DNA of 64,000 nucleotides from Azolla caroliniana (GCA_043228905.1 JBHGNT010000005.1:3038001-3102000); one strand, 5' to 3'; shown: positions 34,296-46,941, numbered from the stretch's first letter. Numbers and translations: made by a program. Notes: generated by a model not told the origin, from the sequence alone.

Positions 34296-35501
34296 TCAAT
34301 GCCTATCAATGGCATCATTATCATCATCAACATTAATGCCTTCATTATCAGTATCACAATTTTCATCTTTATCAATCGGAAATCTTTTCGAGAAGATTTC
34401 ATCTGTCATTTTCAGCACAAACCGCAATGAAGGGTCTTTCGTGATTGAGCCTTTGGACTTGAGCCGATGCACAATAGAGAATCGAGGGGCAATTCTCTTC
34501 TGAAGGCTATAAGTGAGATACTCTGGATAATGCAAAATTTCATCCATACCCCTCTCTAGAACCTCAATCAAGTATTCAATCTTCCTTGCAATACTTTCTT
34601 CAGTGAGGCAAATAAGCCGAGGATATCTTTGAACCATTCGAATTGCGTCTGTGGGGGAAATACCATGATTGCTTTGCAAAGCTTCAAACCTTGATAGCAA
34701 AGTTTTGGAACTTCTAGAGCTCCAGTTTCCCAAAGCACAAAGACCAGCCTTAGTACTAATCTCATGACCAAAATGCTCAAGAAGCTCAAATCTCTCATAC
34801 AATCCTTTATCTGACAATGTCAATATACTCGGATAAGTTCGCCAGAGCCATGAAATCGACTCATTATCCAATCCTCGATCCCGGAAGATATGAAGCTTAA
34901 CACGAAGATTCCTCTCCAAGTTTAGGGCAAAAAATGATGGGAATCTATCAAGGATTCTTTTTATCCCCACAGAATCTAACCCAATTTCATCTCTAAGGAA
35001 GATCAAATGTCTTTCTATGTTAAGCAAAGAAAGAGAGATGAGAGACTTATTACCTGAGCCATGGGTGATGAGTTTGAGGAGGAGGCGGGGGTCTTGGATG
35101 CAAATATTGTCGAAGAAATCAATTTTTGATTGAATGTTGAAGAGTCTGAGGCGAACAACGTTTGGGCACTGAGCAAGGAAACGTGCTGATGCCGGCCCTG
35201 AGACACCGTGATTCTTCAAGAGAAGAAGTAATGAAGAAATTCTTGTATCAGAGACTGAGATGAAGAGTCTTTTGTTGGGTCCTTCTAATAATGACTTGAT
35301 CTGTTGCTCTGTGAAGCCTTGCTCTTTCAGGATCTGAAGCTTTGATGTGGAGGGGGAAATGCTTTGGCGAAATTGCCCATCGGTAATAGAAACAGAGCAA
35401 GGAGGTGTAATTTGTGTGCAGAAGGAGGAACGAGAAGGGCATGCTAAGATTAGAGTTTTCTTGCGTGTATGTAGAAGAAACCTAATCCAACCACTACTCA
35501 T
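34296..35501 (-). CDS. mTERF (mitochondrial transcription termination factor) family protein, ~401 aa, intronless CDS
   Basis: Organellar transit-like N-terminus and repeated mTERF helices (LKEQGFTEQQI, ILDRFPSFF, LWRTYPSILTLS, MVQRYPRLICLTEESIARKIEYL, YPEYLTYSLQKRIAPR). The probable ATG is 35501 (MSSGW), just after a 3' splice-like site at 35511; an alternative ATG is 35516. Confidence 0.93.
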   Translation of the reverse strand: MSSGWIRFLLHTRKKTLILACPSRSSFCTQITPPCSVSITDGQFRQSISPSTSKLQILKEQGFTEQQIKSLLEGPNKRLFISVSDTRISSLLLLLKNHGVSGPASARFLAQCPNVVRLRLFNIQSKIDFFDNICIQDPRLLLKLITHGSGNKSLISLSLLNIERHLIFLRDEIGLDSVGIKRILDRFPSFFALNLERNLRVKLHIFRDRGLDNESISWLWRTYPSILTLSDKGLYERFELLEHFGHEISTKAGLCALGNWSSRSSKTLLSRFEALQSNHGISPTDAIRMVQRYPRLICLTEESIARKIEYLIEVLERGMDEILHYPEYLTYSLQKRIAPRFSIVHRLKSKGSITKDPSLRFVLKMTDEIFSKRFPIDKDENCDTDNEGINVDDDNDAIDRH

Positions 35502-35617
35502 CCCTGCATTCTGCATCAGACACAAAAACAGAGAGATCTAAGTATTAACTGAAACATACATTTTTACTTCAAGCATGAACTAATTACTAACCAAGGCTAA
35601 GATTCCACACTCTCTTC

Positions 35618-35830
35618 AGTGGCCCCTCCGAAATCCCATGCGGATGCGATGATGCGGCACAAAATCATTGGCCCATGGTTACGGGCGAGATTGCACAATG
35701 ACATGGCACAAAATCATTGGCTCTTGGTCGTAGACGAGATTCCACAGTGACATGGCACAATGATGCAGCACAAAATCATTGGCTCGTGGTCACAGACGAG
35801 ATTCCATGGTGACATGGCACAACATCACTG
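35618..35830. repeat. Array of ~49-62 bp degenerate tandem repeats (GGCACAAAATCATTGGC...GAGATTCCA...GACAT), bounded by CAGTG...CACTG
   Basis: Three to four copies of GCACAAAATCATTGGC and CGAGATT(G/C)CA...GACATGGCAC. The ends CAGTG/CACTG resemble hAT TIRs, but no TSD was found. Confidence 0.6.
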
Positions 35831-37654
35831 AAACCTAGGGGTCTTGCGAGCTGATACGTCACGTACATAGTTATTGGTTTCAAGATAAATGTGAGCCTGA
35901 GTCATGTCAACCACTATAAGGCTTGGATGAAAACCCCTATTCATGATGCGTCACAAAACAATTTTACCACATATTGTCTTATTATGTGTTAAGTCGAAAT
36001 CATGGGCTCACAAAGAGTTCATGTACATACTGATGACAACGGAGTGAAACCAAAGAGTCAAGTCAGGAATGAACTAAATTTGCAAAGTTCCGTAGTAAGC
36101 TATTGAGCTTTTTTCAAATAGAAACAAAAATCTACAATGAGAAATTGAAAAACTTTTGAAGGAACATGCTTGGTTCAATCTACCATACCAGTTATGTGAG
36201 ACTATATTTCAAAAAACTTCAAAAGAAAGATACCCAGTTCTATAATATCTCTCATCCAAGACTATGTTTATACTTACTCATATATCTTCCGCAAGCATAT
36301 CTTTGAAAATCCTTCATAAAAAGGGTGCTTGATTTTTTTTTAAATCGCCTCTTTCAGGTGTGTACCAATTAAGAAAAAGTCCCCACAAAAATTCCAATGG
36401 TTTGAAAAACTTTAGTTTCTTTGCATAAATTCTGTACTCTATTAGTTCTAACAGGTAATATCAAGCTTACCCTGGTATGTATCATTTAGTTTAGCCCAAT
36501 GCAAAAAGTACACTCTAAAATTTGATATTTTCTGTTCAACAAAAAGCACTGGATCAAATATGAATATTTGGATTGGCATTGAGATATACATGATTGCATA
36601 TGAATAAAATGCAAAAACTAAGGGGCCATCACTAGTTTAGTGTGAAGCATGGAGTGAATTAAACAAATTAAGTAGACTTCCAATCACAGATGGTTGTGTG
36701 TGCAAAATTCTCCATTCAAAATTATTGAAGCAATATCGCCTAAACATGCTTTTTAAATGCATGGGAAACTCGATCTTACATGCAATTATTCTATGTAGCA
36801 TCAAAGACATAGAAACAATTAATCAATTCAATCGAAGACAACATACCATGGTAAAGGCAGAAGAGCCTAGCATATGCATTGAGAGATCACAGTAGAGAAT
36901 ACAAAACCATTTATAACTTGGATCAAACAGAGAGCAAACATGAAAATTCCTTACCTTAGTCATTCCACAACAAAAGAAATTTCCTGGTAAATTGAGCATT
37001 CTAAATGCAGTCTATTGGTGTTATGCATCATAATGAAGGCAATTGTATTACATCTACAAGATCTTCCACATATAAAGGTTTTGGTAGAGCATCACCTTTC
37101 AGGTTCATAGAGAAGTTGCACAAAAAGGATATGATATCTGGTGCTAGAGGACATCTGACATATGCCGATCAAACAAAGGATGCAAGTTTTAGCAATAAAA
37201 GTGTACTAAAACAATTTTGTTCAATCATGTCACTTAGGATAAGTACTTTTTATCCATCTTATATGATTGGATAGGCAAGATATTCTTGTTAGCAATATTT
37301 CTAACTTCATTATTCATTTGTCTAATCAGTAAAATCATCACTCGAACTGATCCTGCTGCCTTTCTTTTGAGCATGTCGTAGCTTACAGCAACTTCTCTTT
37401 CATTTGACCTTAAGTGCTGGCAATATCTGTGAACATAGTTATAAACCTAATGAAGGGCAAGCCAATTTGAGAACATCTTGATATCCTTTCATAACCGGGA
37501 GAGATACATGTGGTTTGCCTATATACATCTATAAAAGAATAAAGACCTTGTCACATATTCTTCACATCATGAATATATTTATGATCAAAATACTCAAGAT
37601 TTTTTTGGAATTGAAGTAATACTTTGGTACAGTGGTCTGATCTGGGTTTTAATG

Positions 37655-39275
37655 TTATGTATCCCCTTGAGGTTTCCTTTTCTTTCCAAGGATAGCTGCT
37701 CTTTCCATTCTTGTTCCTTCAAGCCGCCATTTCTTAAATGCCGTCATAGACTCTCGACCTGCCTGAAATACTATCACCCGTATTGAATATATTCAGAAAT
37801 CCATCATTCAAGACTCACATGTAGATAAAGTAAATACAATGATGTGCCAAAATCCTTATTATTGTAATTAATATTCAAAAGAAAAAGTTGTTAGCACCCC
37901 AGAACACAATACATTATATTTTCACCTGATAATGTAGGATTAATTATTCACTTCAAATTACTATATTGTGTTCAAAAATAGATTCACACACTATGTTGTA
38001 AATATATGATTCCTAATCAGATAAAAGTTGAGGAAATGTAACTTACACAGTGTTTCTTCCCTGGATAAAAGTTGCATGGTTTTTGGTGTTGTGGAGATGG
38101 AAGCACTGTGTGCTTTGCTGAGAATATCTTTGTAGCGTCCCCGTAGAGTATACAACAGAAAGGATCCTAGGGTAGAGTCATTTGTTCTTCCAATGATTAT
38201 ACCACCGAACACCAAACAAATAAGTTAATAACATACGGAAATGGAAAGAAAAAGTTTGAAAATTTTACCACCATGAATCAGCCTGAAGTTGCAAAAACAC
38301 TCTCTAAAGAAGGATTATTCTAAGGATGAGGTGACTCGACCATATAACAGATAGTGATACTTATAAATCTAACTTCGAATACTACTTACAACGGTGCCAT
38401 CTTGCAGCCCACTTCATAGAAATAAGGACATCTAGATCTGATATCCACACAGCCGGGATCAGCTTGAACCTCTTTTCTAACCCTGCAAAACATAAAAGTA
38501 AAACAATTTGCCATCATTCAACCCAGATTGGACTATCTTGAACTAGTATGCACTAATTGATACTTATCTGAAATGTTTCATTTTTTAACAGTGTGCTCAT
38601 TATTACCTTTGGTTGAAAAAACTGGGAAGATTAATTAAAGCAGCCTGTCTATGGAAAAGGTCTTCAGCAAGCCAAAGTGGCATATCAACTTTAGCACCTT
38701 GCTCAACCTGAATCATGTAACAAAATGTTAACACACGATTATGATCCACCAGCTTATCCTTGAGCAGCAATAGCATTATTCCGAAATGTTTTGAGATACT
38801 CGTATGAGATGTGTTTCGCGCTAAGCTTTTGTATCTTCATCAACATACCAGGAAACCAAAAATATCTAAATTGTCCACACTGGACAAAAGACGCTTTTGT
38901 CTTCTTCAGTGCATTTTAGTAATTTCTGATGGGTATGATCGACTGTACCCACGTATCTTTTAATGTTCAGATTTGCCTTAGCCTTTGAGACTTGAGGTTA
39001 TTGGTGGTGATAAATGCAGGAAGGTGGAAATGCTTAAGGAATGAAGAGAAGGCTACATTTTAGCGAAATCAAGCATATCTGATATGCCTAAGGATAAGTG
39101 ATGAATGTATAGAATGTGCAAACTTACATTATTGTCTTCTGAGCTCGGATCCAAAACTCCGACTCCATCAGCAGCCACGCGGAATATAACAGAAACGGGC
39201 TGCGAAGGAGAAAATGGATCGATACGGAGAGAGGAGAAGAAAATAAAGAGCTCTTGAAAAGGAGATGGAGTTAAG

Positions 39276-39316
<41 letters not shown>

Positions 39317-39392
39317 ATGGAACACACAGGACTACCTCTTCAGCTGCGAGGAGATCGTCGAGGTCATAGTATGAAGAGGAAGCAGGTGCCAT
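37655..39392 (-). CDS. PSF3: DNA replication GINS complex subunit PSF3 (192 aa, 6 exons)
   Basis: Exons 39392-39336, 39199-39128, 38707-38607, 38482-38390, 38186-38047, 37770-37655 (579 nt, GT-AG, phases consistent). Translation: MAPASSSYYDLDDLLAAEE|PVSVIFRVAADGVGVLDPSSEDNN|VEQGAKVDMPLWLAEDL...|VRKEVQADPGCVDIRSRCPYFYEVG...|...LRGRYKDILSKAH...LSREE|LFQAGRESMTAFKKWR...KRKPQGDT*. Confidence 0.93.
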
Positions 39393-39439
39393 GGCGTTTC
39401 TTCGAATTCTCGCGCGGGAAACAGGAGAGAGAGAGAGAG

Positions 39440-39474
<35 letters not shown>

Positions 39475-40202
39475 AGCATATGTATATGTACATATACATA
39501 GTTTTCTGAGACTTTTCTCTACATATGATGAGAAATTAGAATTATGATTCATAATATGTCTGACCACTTCTCTTTTTCAACACTAAAACTGACAATATTC
39601 CCAATTTCTCTAAATAGCAAAAAAGGAAGAAAGGAAAAGAGGTTCCGATGTTATACCTATGTATATACTTTCAGTTGCGATAGAGATACATTTGCATAAT
39701 ATAATTGTATGTAATGTGTGTATGTCATGTACATAGTTCTCTTTGTGTTTGTTATTATTCGTGTTATTACAGTGATGATGATGCTTTTACTAGCCGGGGA
39801 TTGATCATCTCGTATGGCCGGACAAAGCATCTTATAGTGAAATATGGTTCGTTCAAGAGGGATTGTGTCTCATTGTATAATGTGCATATGTAACCCACAA
39901 AAGGCTTTTCGACCACGGTGGCCCCACACAGTAATGACGACTCCTTTGCCCATAACATATGCTACTTTTGTATGCATTATCTGATTAGTTTCGAGTGTTT
40001 TGTGGTAACAAGTTTATTCTCTATTGTTCATTCTCTTGTTGTTCTTGGGTGATAATCACGTGGTCGCTTTCATCAGATCATTTGCCAATTCTTGATCCAC
40101 AATATAATCAAGGAAAGCTTATACAGTCGCGTGATCACTTCCATCAAATCGAAGACACGACACATTGCATTGAGATTCAAATTTCAATGCAATGAGTGTG
40201 AG

Positions 40203-40245
<43 letters not shown>

Positions 40246-40541
40246 TGGATGCAATGTAGCGCTTAAACGACAAAGACACTGGAACTCGGAAAAGAAGGCT
40301 ACAAAGGAAGCATAATCGGAATGTATTTCATGTGGGTGTGTGTATGCCATATAATAAGCTAAGAACGGCGAACACAACCCATAGGGCAGGCATGGCTGAC
40401 CTGTTTTCTCCGTCACCAAAGAAATCTAACCTTACAAGCATTGGATAAGGTTTGAGGGAGTGTGTGTGTGTGTGTGTGTGTGAATGAATAGGGAGAGCTG
40501 TGTGTGTTTTCTATGGAGCAGTGTGAAAAGAAGCTTTGTCT
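39393..40541. promoter_or_regulatory. Divergent (head-to-head) intergenic region between PSF3 and LPA3, with microsatellites
   Basis: The start codons are 1.15 kb apart on opposite strands. (GA)n(GT)n at 39425-39470, (AT)n at 40204-40242 and (GT)n at 40460-40482. Promoter function is inferred from position. Confidence 0.55.
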
Positions 40542-43500
40542 ATGGAGATGATACAAACACTGAAGGTATCCTCATGGCATCATCACCCACAACAGGTAAA
40601 GACATTCTCTCATGATATCATACCTCAGAAGAAGTAATAAAAATAAATAAACAGAGCTTCTTCTTCTTGATGGAATCCATTGAAATGCTTAGTTTGTAAC
40701 AGAAAGATCAGAAATCTTGGCTGTGGGTCTTGAGTAGTATCGCGGGAAAATACATTCAGTGTTTATGTTTTAGATTTCAAATTCTTTTATAATACCTCAA
40801 AACAGAGATCTTGATGCAAAGAACAGTCTAATCAAAATATAAGACACGATACAGAGAGGTGGAGAATTTAGGTTTCAAATGCTCTTATTGTACCCCAAAA
40901 CAGAGTTTTTGATGCAAAAATAGAGTTACTGAAATGTAAGAATTATCAAAGTGTTATGGAAACGATACATAAAGGTGGAGAGTTTAGGTTTTAAATGCTC
41001 TTATCATACCTCAAAACAGAGTTATTGATGTAAAAATAGATTTACTAAAATGTAAGACACTAACAGAAAGGCGAGGTTACAATATAGGATATTTTCATGG
41101 ATTGGCTAAACTATCCACAAACTAGTCATTTCTTCCATCATAATGGCAAAACATTTACAGACAATGTTGTCGAAAATCAGACTTATTGCCGACATACATA
41201 AACACACAGACAAATGCATACATACGTACGTACGTATACTATAAATACATAATTAAATGTGAGCATCCAATGGTTTGGTTTAGGCTGAATGCGATATTGA
41301 AGATAATATTTCAGCCAAACACAACTTTGAAGCTAGAAGAGTTAAATGAATTTTTCTGAAAGACCCATTGGCTATTTATATCCTGTTGGCATCTATTTAT
41401 GTATATGATGAGCAAATGAGTTTTCTGTTTCATGATGCATGTCATATCAGTGAATGACTTGCCTGGAATCATGAAGAGACATGTCTTAAGTAGATCCCAA
41501 GGTTTATTTTGAGGATGATCAGCCTTCCTACATGCATGCACACTGAACATACACATACATATATATTCGTATGTAGTCACAATGAAGACGTGGTCTACAC
41601 CTACAAGTTCTATTACTAGGAATGCATGATTTTGCCAGAAATCATGAACAATAAATCTTTGGAGGCATCCTCAAATGATGAACGTGAGACAATTTTCTTG
41701 TGCATGGGGTCAAATTTCTTTTTTTAAAAGATACATTGAAATTGCTAAAACATTCAAGGCCTTTATTTCTGATGACAATATACAATTTCAGTTCCAATGG
41801 CAATATATTAGGTTGGGTTTTCTGATGATCTTTTATGTTTAAATGTCTTTGATCAAAGAAATATATGAGCATGCATATTAAGGAGAAAAGGGCAAGTTTT
41901 TGCCATCACATTTTGCTAATATTGAAGCTAATTTCTGCTCAATTATTGCTGTGGCATTTGATAAGAAAGTGACGAACTGTTTTTTTGTTTTGTTTTTCAG
42001 TTTTTTCAACCAAAGTTTCTTTGCAATACTTCCTTTTTCCATCACAGTAATGCCTCAAACAAGAAGATCCAAAGGGATAGCTTGAGAATTCCAACTCAGA
42101 AGGAAAGGAACCTCTTAAGGTGTCATGCAACACTTGTTGATTTTCCAACAGATTATGATGAACTATTGAAGCAGGTTTTTACACCCATTACGTTATAATT
42201 GTTGTGTACATCATTATACATTTGAAATATTTTCAATTTCAGTACTCAAATACAGTTACACTATGTCTGAAACCATCAGTATAACAAATCAGTGCCATCC
42301 ATGGGGCTGAAAGCGAAAAACATTTGCTTCACCTGATCTCTATCAATCTTCTCTTTTTCTCTCTTATTAGAGAGTTTAATGTATATGAAGTAATCATGCT
42401 TATTTAATAGAAATAGAGCGTAATCTCCATTAGTTTCTACTATCGTCAAGACACACCTCCACGATCATTTCACCATGATAATAACACACACATAACCTTT
42501 ATACTAGAAACCAAGATCCATAAAAAATAAAGTAGAATGCTTGTAAATAATTCACATCCTACGATTCCCTAAGTTCAAGTCCACTATGCACGATTCATAA
42601 TCAAATACATGAATTTTAAGCTGGTATCCACAACTTATAATCAAGGACCACAATCTAGAAATTTAATATCTCGGATAATGTAGCCACAAAATTTAATGTA
42701 AAATAGAGTTTGTCGTTATCAATGACCATAATCCAATTCATAGAAACCATTCTTTGCTATTCTTTTTGCTGTGATCCATAATGCCACAGGACTGTTTTTA
42801 AAAATAAGTAGTGGAATCAAATATTCCAGAATCTCCCTAGTACAAAAAAAAGATAAAAACGAGATTTCATAATGTAGTCAATTTTGGCTGGTACGTAATC
42901 CAAACCAAATCCATGTATGATTATCCTGATGTGGATATATATAGAGTTACATTACATCTACATAGTCTTTCACATAAGTAAAAATAAAAATAATTATAAA
43001 AGTATTTATGACATATCATATAAACCATCATTCAGGGTTGGAACAAAAATTCAGTTGAAACATTTTGTGCATTTTTATGGAAATGTTTTATTGATTTCAA
43101 GAGTAAGGAACTAAAGGGGCTCAAGTAATTTGCATAATCCAATTCATAGAAACCATTCTTTGCTATTCTTTTTGCTGTGATCCATAATGCCACAGGTCTG
43201 TTTTTAAAAATAAGTAGTGGAATCAAATATTCCAGAATCTCCCTAGTACAAAAATAAAAATAAAAACGAGATTTCATAATGTAGTCAATTTTGGCTGGTA
43301 CGTAATCCAAACCAAATCCATGTATGATTATCCTGATGTGGATATATATAGGGTTACATTACATCGACATAGTCTTTCACATAAGTAAAAATAAAAATAA
43401 TTATAACAGTATTTATGGCATATCATATAAAACGTCATTCAAGGTTGGAACAAAAATTCAGTTGAAACATTTTGTGCATTTTTATGGAAATGTTTTATTG

Positions 43501-46472
43501 ATTTCAAGAGTAAGGAACTAAAAGGGCTCAAGTAATTTGCAAACTATCTTTGTTTAGTGATTAGGGTGGATAAAGGCTCTTTAAAAACAATTTGTACTCT
43601 AATGTTTAGTGATTCTCTTGTCATTACACTGTTTTATGCTTCATTCTTCCAAAGAAAATCTATTCAATTGGTTGTCTGTATGTTCTAGTTCTTATTTAGA
43701 CCTTTAAGGTTAACTCATCTATTATTGCACACAATACTATTACTGATCTTTACCATAACTTAGGCAGAAAATGCTACAAAGGAAGCTTTGAAGGATGGGA
43801 AAAAATTGTTGGTAAGCCTTAAAGCCTATGAAAACTCGGCATTACAAATATTACAGTATGATATCTGCCATTTTTTGCTTTTCTTTGGAACAGGAAGTTG
43901 AATTTCCAACAGCGGGTCTTGAATCTGTCTCAGGTAATCAACCTGTATTTTTATATTGGAAATTGGATTGCTGATCGATCGATTATACTTACGTTGTAAG
44001 ATCAAGAGCAATCTAATAGAAAACAATGCCACAAAATTGATGTTGAATACATTGTCCACATTTCACCATTATTACTTATCAAAGTTTCGAGCAAATACAA
44101 GATATGAACAAAATCTTTTGCACTTCTTTACTTTAATTTTTTAAAATTTCTGAAAATTATGGATTTTAGCAGAGATTCCAAGGAAATATCTATTGTGCTT
44201 GTTTAAAAGGAAACTAGTTTCTTAAAGCTGGTATCATTGAATTTTGATAAAGAAATATAATACATTATTAGGTCGCTAGCCCTAATAGATTTCAATATTC
44301 ATTTACGTGTTGTGTTCAAATTTTGATTGGAGTTCACTATTCATTTACTCTTATGTGTTCGAACAATTAGACCTTAGTATTCCTTTAGTTTTCTGTGTTT
44401 GAACTTTAATTGGAATTCAGTGTTCATTTACGTTTTTATGTTCAAACATAAATTGGAGTTCATTATTTATTTACTGTTTTCTGTTTGAACTCTGATTGGA
44501 GTTCAGTATTCATGATTTTAACCTTTCGAGTTTAGCATTCATTTACTTTTTTGTGTTTAAACTTTGATTGGATTATTCATTTAAATTGGGTATCCAAACT
44601 TTGGGATTAATTTAAATTGTGTTGGAACTTCAATTAGAATTTGGTATTCATCTAATCTTTGTGTTTGAAGTTCAATTGAACTAAAGTATTCATTACTTTT
44701 TTGTGTTCAAACATTTGTTTTTCATGATTTCAGTGGTGCACTTGTTTTGCATATCTCTGTGATTAAATAGGAAAGATCAGCTATTTTTAGCTTACAATTA
44801 AAAGTTTGAATTGTATAAATTGTTTTTTGTCATTATGACAGGTGATGCAGAGGGAGGGATTGAGATGACTCGGAGTATGGTTTTGGTTCGTGATTTCTGT
44901 AGCAACTTCCTAGAAAACGAGCAATATGCTCGAACACGAATTGTGAGCATTGCATTACATTACTCAAATTACTATTTCAGAAGTTTCCATCTTATATTTT
45001 GTATTATCTTCATCTCATAAATAGATCTCTCATTTGTGAAATTTATTTCAATGTATTTATAGTTAGTTTGATCCATGTTTGCATATTTACAATGCTAGTT
45101 TTTCCCAGACATGAGTGAAGTGGCCAGAGCAAAGGCAGAGGTGTTTGAAGGGACATTTTTCAAACTAGATTACTTAACCAAGCCATCTGGACTTGGAGAT
45201 CTTGGATTTACCGAAAAATTGGCGATGGCAGATCGGTTAAAGCCAACTGATGAGATGGTGGTGGTTGCTTACCCTTATTTCAATGTCAATGGTAATGATA
45301 ATAAATGATGGATAAGATCAATGTCCTATTTCAGTTTTCAACTCTTGGCTATATAAAATGGTTTAGAAACACTGAAAACCTCCAACTTGTTGGGTATATT
45401 ATATGGTGAAGTTTGCAACACTCTGTGGAAACTTACGAGCATTCTAGTACTTTGTGAAAACTTATTGTGCTCTCATAAGTAGTGAAAACACTTATGCGTA
45501 TTTTGGTGAATATCCAATTTAAGGTATGGGCATTTTGGCCTTCTATAAATTATCAATTTGTCATTTGGTTTGCAGAAATATTAGCAGTAGAAGACCTTTA
45601 CACGAATGCAACAGCTGGGTCAGAGATACCAATACTTGTCTTCAATGGAGAACTTGATAGAATAAGAAGCGGATGTATCCTTAAACAATACTTTATTATT
45701 CTCAATGCACTCATCATTTCCATAAGAATTACATGTATCACATATGAGTTGCCTTCTTTTAACTATCAATAGAGGGTTTGATAGATATTACTTACCTAAG
45801 ATACCTATTTTGTCTCCACACAAGCTTTGCGTTTTATCTGTTTTACATTACATGCATGATATTCTATGATCTTAATGCCACTTATGAAGCATGTTTTCTC
45901 TCTTACATTAACTCTAAAGATTATCCATCATTCTTTTACCCTAAACTTGGAGCATTATCCAAGAATTTTCTACCAAAATTTGAAACAGTATATTACATCC
46001 ATAACTTCAAGGGAAGGCATGGTGGCACATTGTTCAGGTAGGGTAATATTACCATCTCAAAGATCAAATGACCTTAAATCCCAAATCCACTTTCGTCTTT
46101 ATTTTTGTTTAATAATGTGTCTTTAACATTATGTCCAAATTAGCCATTTTGGTCTTCAAAAATAAAACTCTGTATCTTAATTTTAAAACCGTTCACATAT
46201 AAATGTAAACGGGTAGCTACTAATGAATTTCCTTTTATTTGGTAGAGTGTATATAGGCATTCAATTCTGTATATATGCACACACGGATAATACAAAAATT
46301 TCAACATGTGTGAGATCTTATTCCAAGTTTAATTTCTATGATGATTTGTAGAGCTTATCCTGGGCCGTGGCAAGTACTCCGGAAGATTGGTGATGTTCAT
46401 TCATGCATTTTGCAAAGAGAAACAATGCCATCTTTGAAAGAAGTCGCCCTTGACATTTTACCAAATGCTTGA
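40542..46472 (+). CDS. LPA3: LOW PSII ACCUMULATION 3-like (DUF1995) chloroplast protein, 315 aa, 9 exons
   Basis: Exons 40542-40595, 42001-42174, 43764-43811, 43894-43933, 44842-44942, 45099-45291, 45576-45674, 45920-46037, 46352-46472 (948 nt, phases consistent). Transit peptide, then FPTDYDELLKQ|AENATKEALKDGKKLL|EVEFPTAGLESVSG|DAEGGIEMT...|FFPD...FKLDYLTKPS...VAYPYFNVNE|...FNGELDRIRSGYYP.FFYPKL...VYYIHNFKG..GG.LFR|.YPGPWQVLR...MPSLKEVALDIL. Exon 1 is less certain than the rest. Confidence 0.92.
40790..41062. repeat. Three degenerate ~100-115 bp tandem units in LPA3 intron 1
   Basis: Recurrent TACC(T/C)CAAAACAGAG...TTGATG(C/T)AAA at ~40793, ~40891 and ~41007, and GGTGGAGA.TTTAGGTTT.AAATGCTCTTAT twice. 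Confidence 0.7.
42727..43540. repeat. Recent 407-bp direct tandem duplication in LPA3 intron 2
   Basis: Copies start at CATAATCCAATTCATAGAAACC (~42727 and ~43134). The near-identical spurious ORFs at 42917 and 43324 are offset by exactly 407 bp. Confidence 0.92.
44290..44720. repeat. Degenerate ~42-bp minisatellite (TATTCATTTAC...TGTGTTCAAACTTTGATTGGAGTTCA) in LPA3 intron 4
   Basis: About ten diverged units with recurrent ATTCATTTAC, TGTGTT(C/T)(A/G)AA and ATTGGAGTTCA. Confidence 0.75.
45675..45919 (+). other. U12-type (minor spliceosome) GT-AG intron in LPA3
   Basis: The 5' splice site GTATCCTT matches the U12 consensus. A branch-point-like TACATTAAC (45904-45912) sits close to an AAG acceptor with no polypyrimidine tract. 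Splicing restores the conserved RSGY|YP. Confidence 0.8.
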
Positions 46473-46804
46473 CGAGTTGAATATTCATTTTTGTTTTGTA
46501 ATTGAATGTGCATCATGTGTTTATAAACATAACTCTCATGGAAAAAGTATTAAAGTCATGTAAAGTATATGTTGTTTGCCTTGCATAAAGCAATACAGCT
46601 GATAGTTTTAATGCTATTGTTCTCACCGTGTTTTGATGCTACGTTGTTTTTGCAGTGCGTTTTCTCTCTATGTTTTTTTATTTCTTTGAGAAAATTGAAG
46701 CAATTTGTTTTGAAAATATTACTTAATGATCAAATGCACATATAGATAGAGTAGAAATTCAGTAATGTGTGACATAGCGAACCAAATTAACTACTAGTTA
46801 CAGG

Positions 46805-46823
46805 TTTAGGGTTTAGGGTTTAG
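46805..46823 (+). repeat. Interstitial plant telomeric repeat (TTTAGGG x2.7) / telo-box
   Basis: TTTAGGGTTTAGGGTTTAG. Confidence 0.7.
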
Positions 46824-46941
46824 AAAAAATTGCAGACAAGTTACGCAGCCAAACTTCATATGCAAGCTAATATATGTATGAGATGGTTGAATACGATTCG
46901 GGGTCGAATGAATTGGTGCGAGGTGACAGTGTGAGAATTTG

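Noticed and set aside
35618-35830. Repeat array superficially like a CRISPR array
   Set aside because: The context is eukaryotic, the 'spacers' are themselves repeated and there are no cas genes. It is a degenerate tandem or TE subterminal repeat.
42917-43521. Two near-identical 65-aa ORFs suggesting tandem small genes
   Set aside because: They are by-products of the 407-bp intronic duplication in AT-rich DNA.
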